Shown here: positions 63,873 through 64,000 of the stretch, one piece after another
Position numbering within the stretch: the stretch's first letter is position 1
Layout of the letters: every line of letters starts with the position of its first letter
Virus record (IMG/VR): IMGVR_UViG_3300044680_000280
Span: 310,001-374,000 of that record
Length of the DNA stretch: 64,000 nucleotides
Reading direction: 5' to 3' (one strand)
The notes under the pieces: generated by a model
Seen by the model: the letters and a program-made list of their open reading frames with translations, nothing else
Databases searched by the model: none
Told to the model about the DNA's origin: nothing
Position numbers and translations under genes: made by a program

Positions 63873-64000
63873 ACCATATCTATACACCGGCGACGCGTCT
63901 GCCGAGCTTCTTGTTCGCCATGAACGGAACGACACCCACAGGACTCGGGAACTTCACGGGTTTCCCGGTTCACTTTCGTCGATGTCTGGCATCGATGACC

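Larger units (their letters stand above)
201..63889. promoter_or_regulatory. A-motif (C/T)GGTGTA, dispersed promoter-like element 9-13 nt upstream of start codons (about 60 CGGTGTA plus about 13 TGGTGTA copies)
   Basis: Plus-strand CGGTGTA at 271, 472, 1577, 2012, 5228, 6684, 11763, 13628, 18970, 20810, 21405, 21413, 23352, 24968, 26634, 27172, 27557, 28323, 28780, 31490, 36742, 37861, 41616, 43397, 46543, 48317, 50134, 52610, 53436, 54854, 55449, 57774, 62207. Minus-strand copies (TACACCG) at 201, 3221, 13192, 13609, 18863, 19902, 20792, 21390, 23309, 24597, 24951, 26017, 29886, 31436, 34167, 39251, 39668, 40360, 43345, 49041, 52573, 54615, 62173, 63883. TGGTGTA variants at 3243, 3983, 14903, 29909, 34191, 41569(-), 45626, 46328, 49056, 55931, 60102(-), 61644(-). 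Modal spacing to ATG/GTG is 10-11 nt. Confidence 0.85.

Noticed and set aside
201-63889. CGGTGTA as a ribosome-binding site or integron attC core
   Set aside because: It is not complementary to the 16S anti-SD. It also occurs before non-coding units (3243, 46328), and no attC-like imperfect palindromes or integrase are present.
1-64000. Genome-wide TGA recoding (code 4/25) suggested by the alkB TGA
   Set aside because: Dozens of genes, including pyrF and the HAD gene, end in TGA, often with ATGA/GTGA overlaps. Standard code 11 fits.
1-64000. CRISPR array
   Set aside because: No run of regularly spaced repeats. The repeat-like element occurs only as isolated copies kilobases apart.
1-64000. 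tRNA or rRNA genes
   Set aside because: No convincing T-arm (GTTCGA-type) in a cloverleaf context and no rRNA-like sequence seen by eye.

Overview
Gene-dense accessory region of a very large (jumbo-type) phage or phage-like element, roughly 58% GC by eye. It holds about 155 mostly short ORFs on both strands. I found no rRNA, tRNA, CRISPR array, integrase or recognisable complete structural module. The host is probably a Myxococcota/deltaproteobacterium (inference from the IscU type, Cys-rich lipoproteins and GC). Recognisable genes are auxiliary: HAD phosphatase, PRAI-like TIM barrel, DUF4326, AlkB-family dioxygenase (in-frame TGA), two MazG-like proteins, pyrF, pyrE, iscU, GNAT, AAA+ ATPase, three DUF2158/YodC and three XRE-HTH paralogs. 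The most striking features are hidden from the ORF track. (1) 'W-tag': a short peptide motif [KR]-[TS]-[IV]-W-[DE]-H-[LI]-x-acidic occurs in about 18 unrelated proteins, nearly always at the extreme C-terminus. (2) 'A-motif': the heptamer (C/T)GGTGTA sits 9-13 nt before the start codon of about 50-60 genes, often as back-to-back divergent pairs. (3) 'B-promoter': a second, ECF-sigma-like promoter TTGAAC-N16/17-YGTAYT occurs about 18 times. (4) A dispersed 21-27 bp hairpin element resembles a solitary type III CRISPR repeat. (5) A shared C-terminal zinc-ribbon tail, apparent major-capsid fragments and three candidate structured ncRNAs are also present. All family calls come from motif recognition by eye, with no database search. 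Starts were corrected using the motifs where possible.
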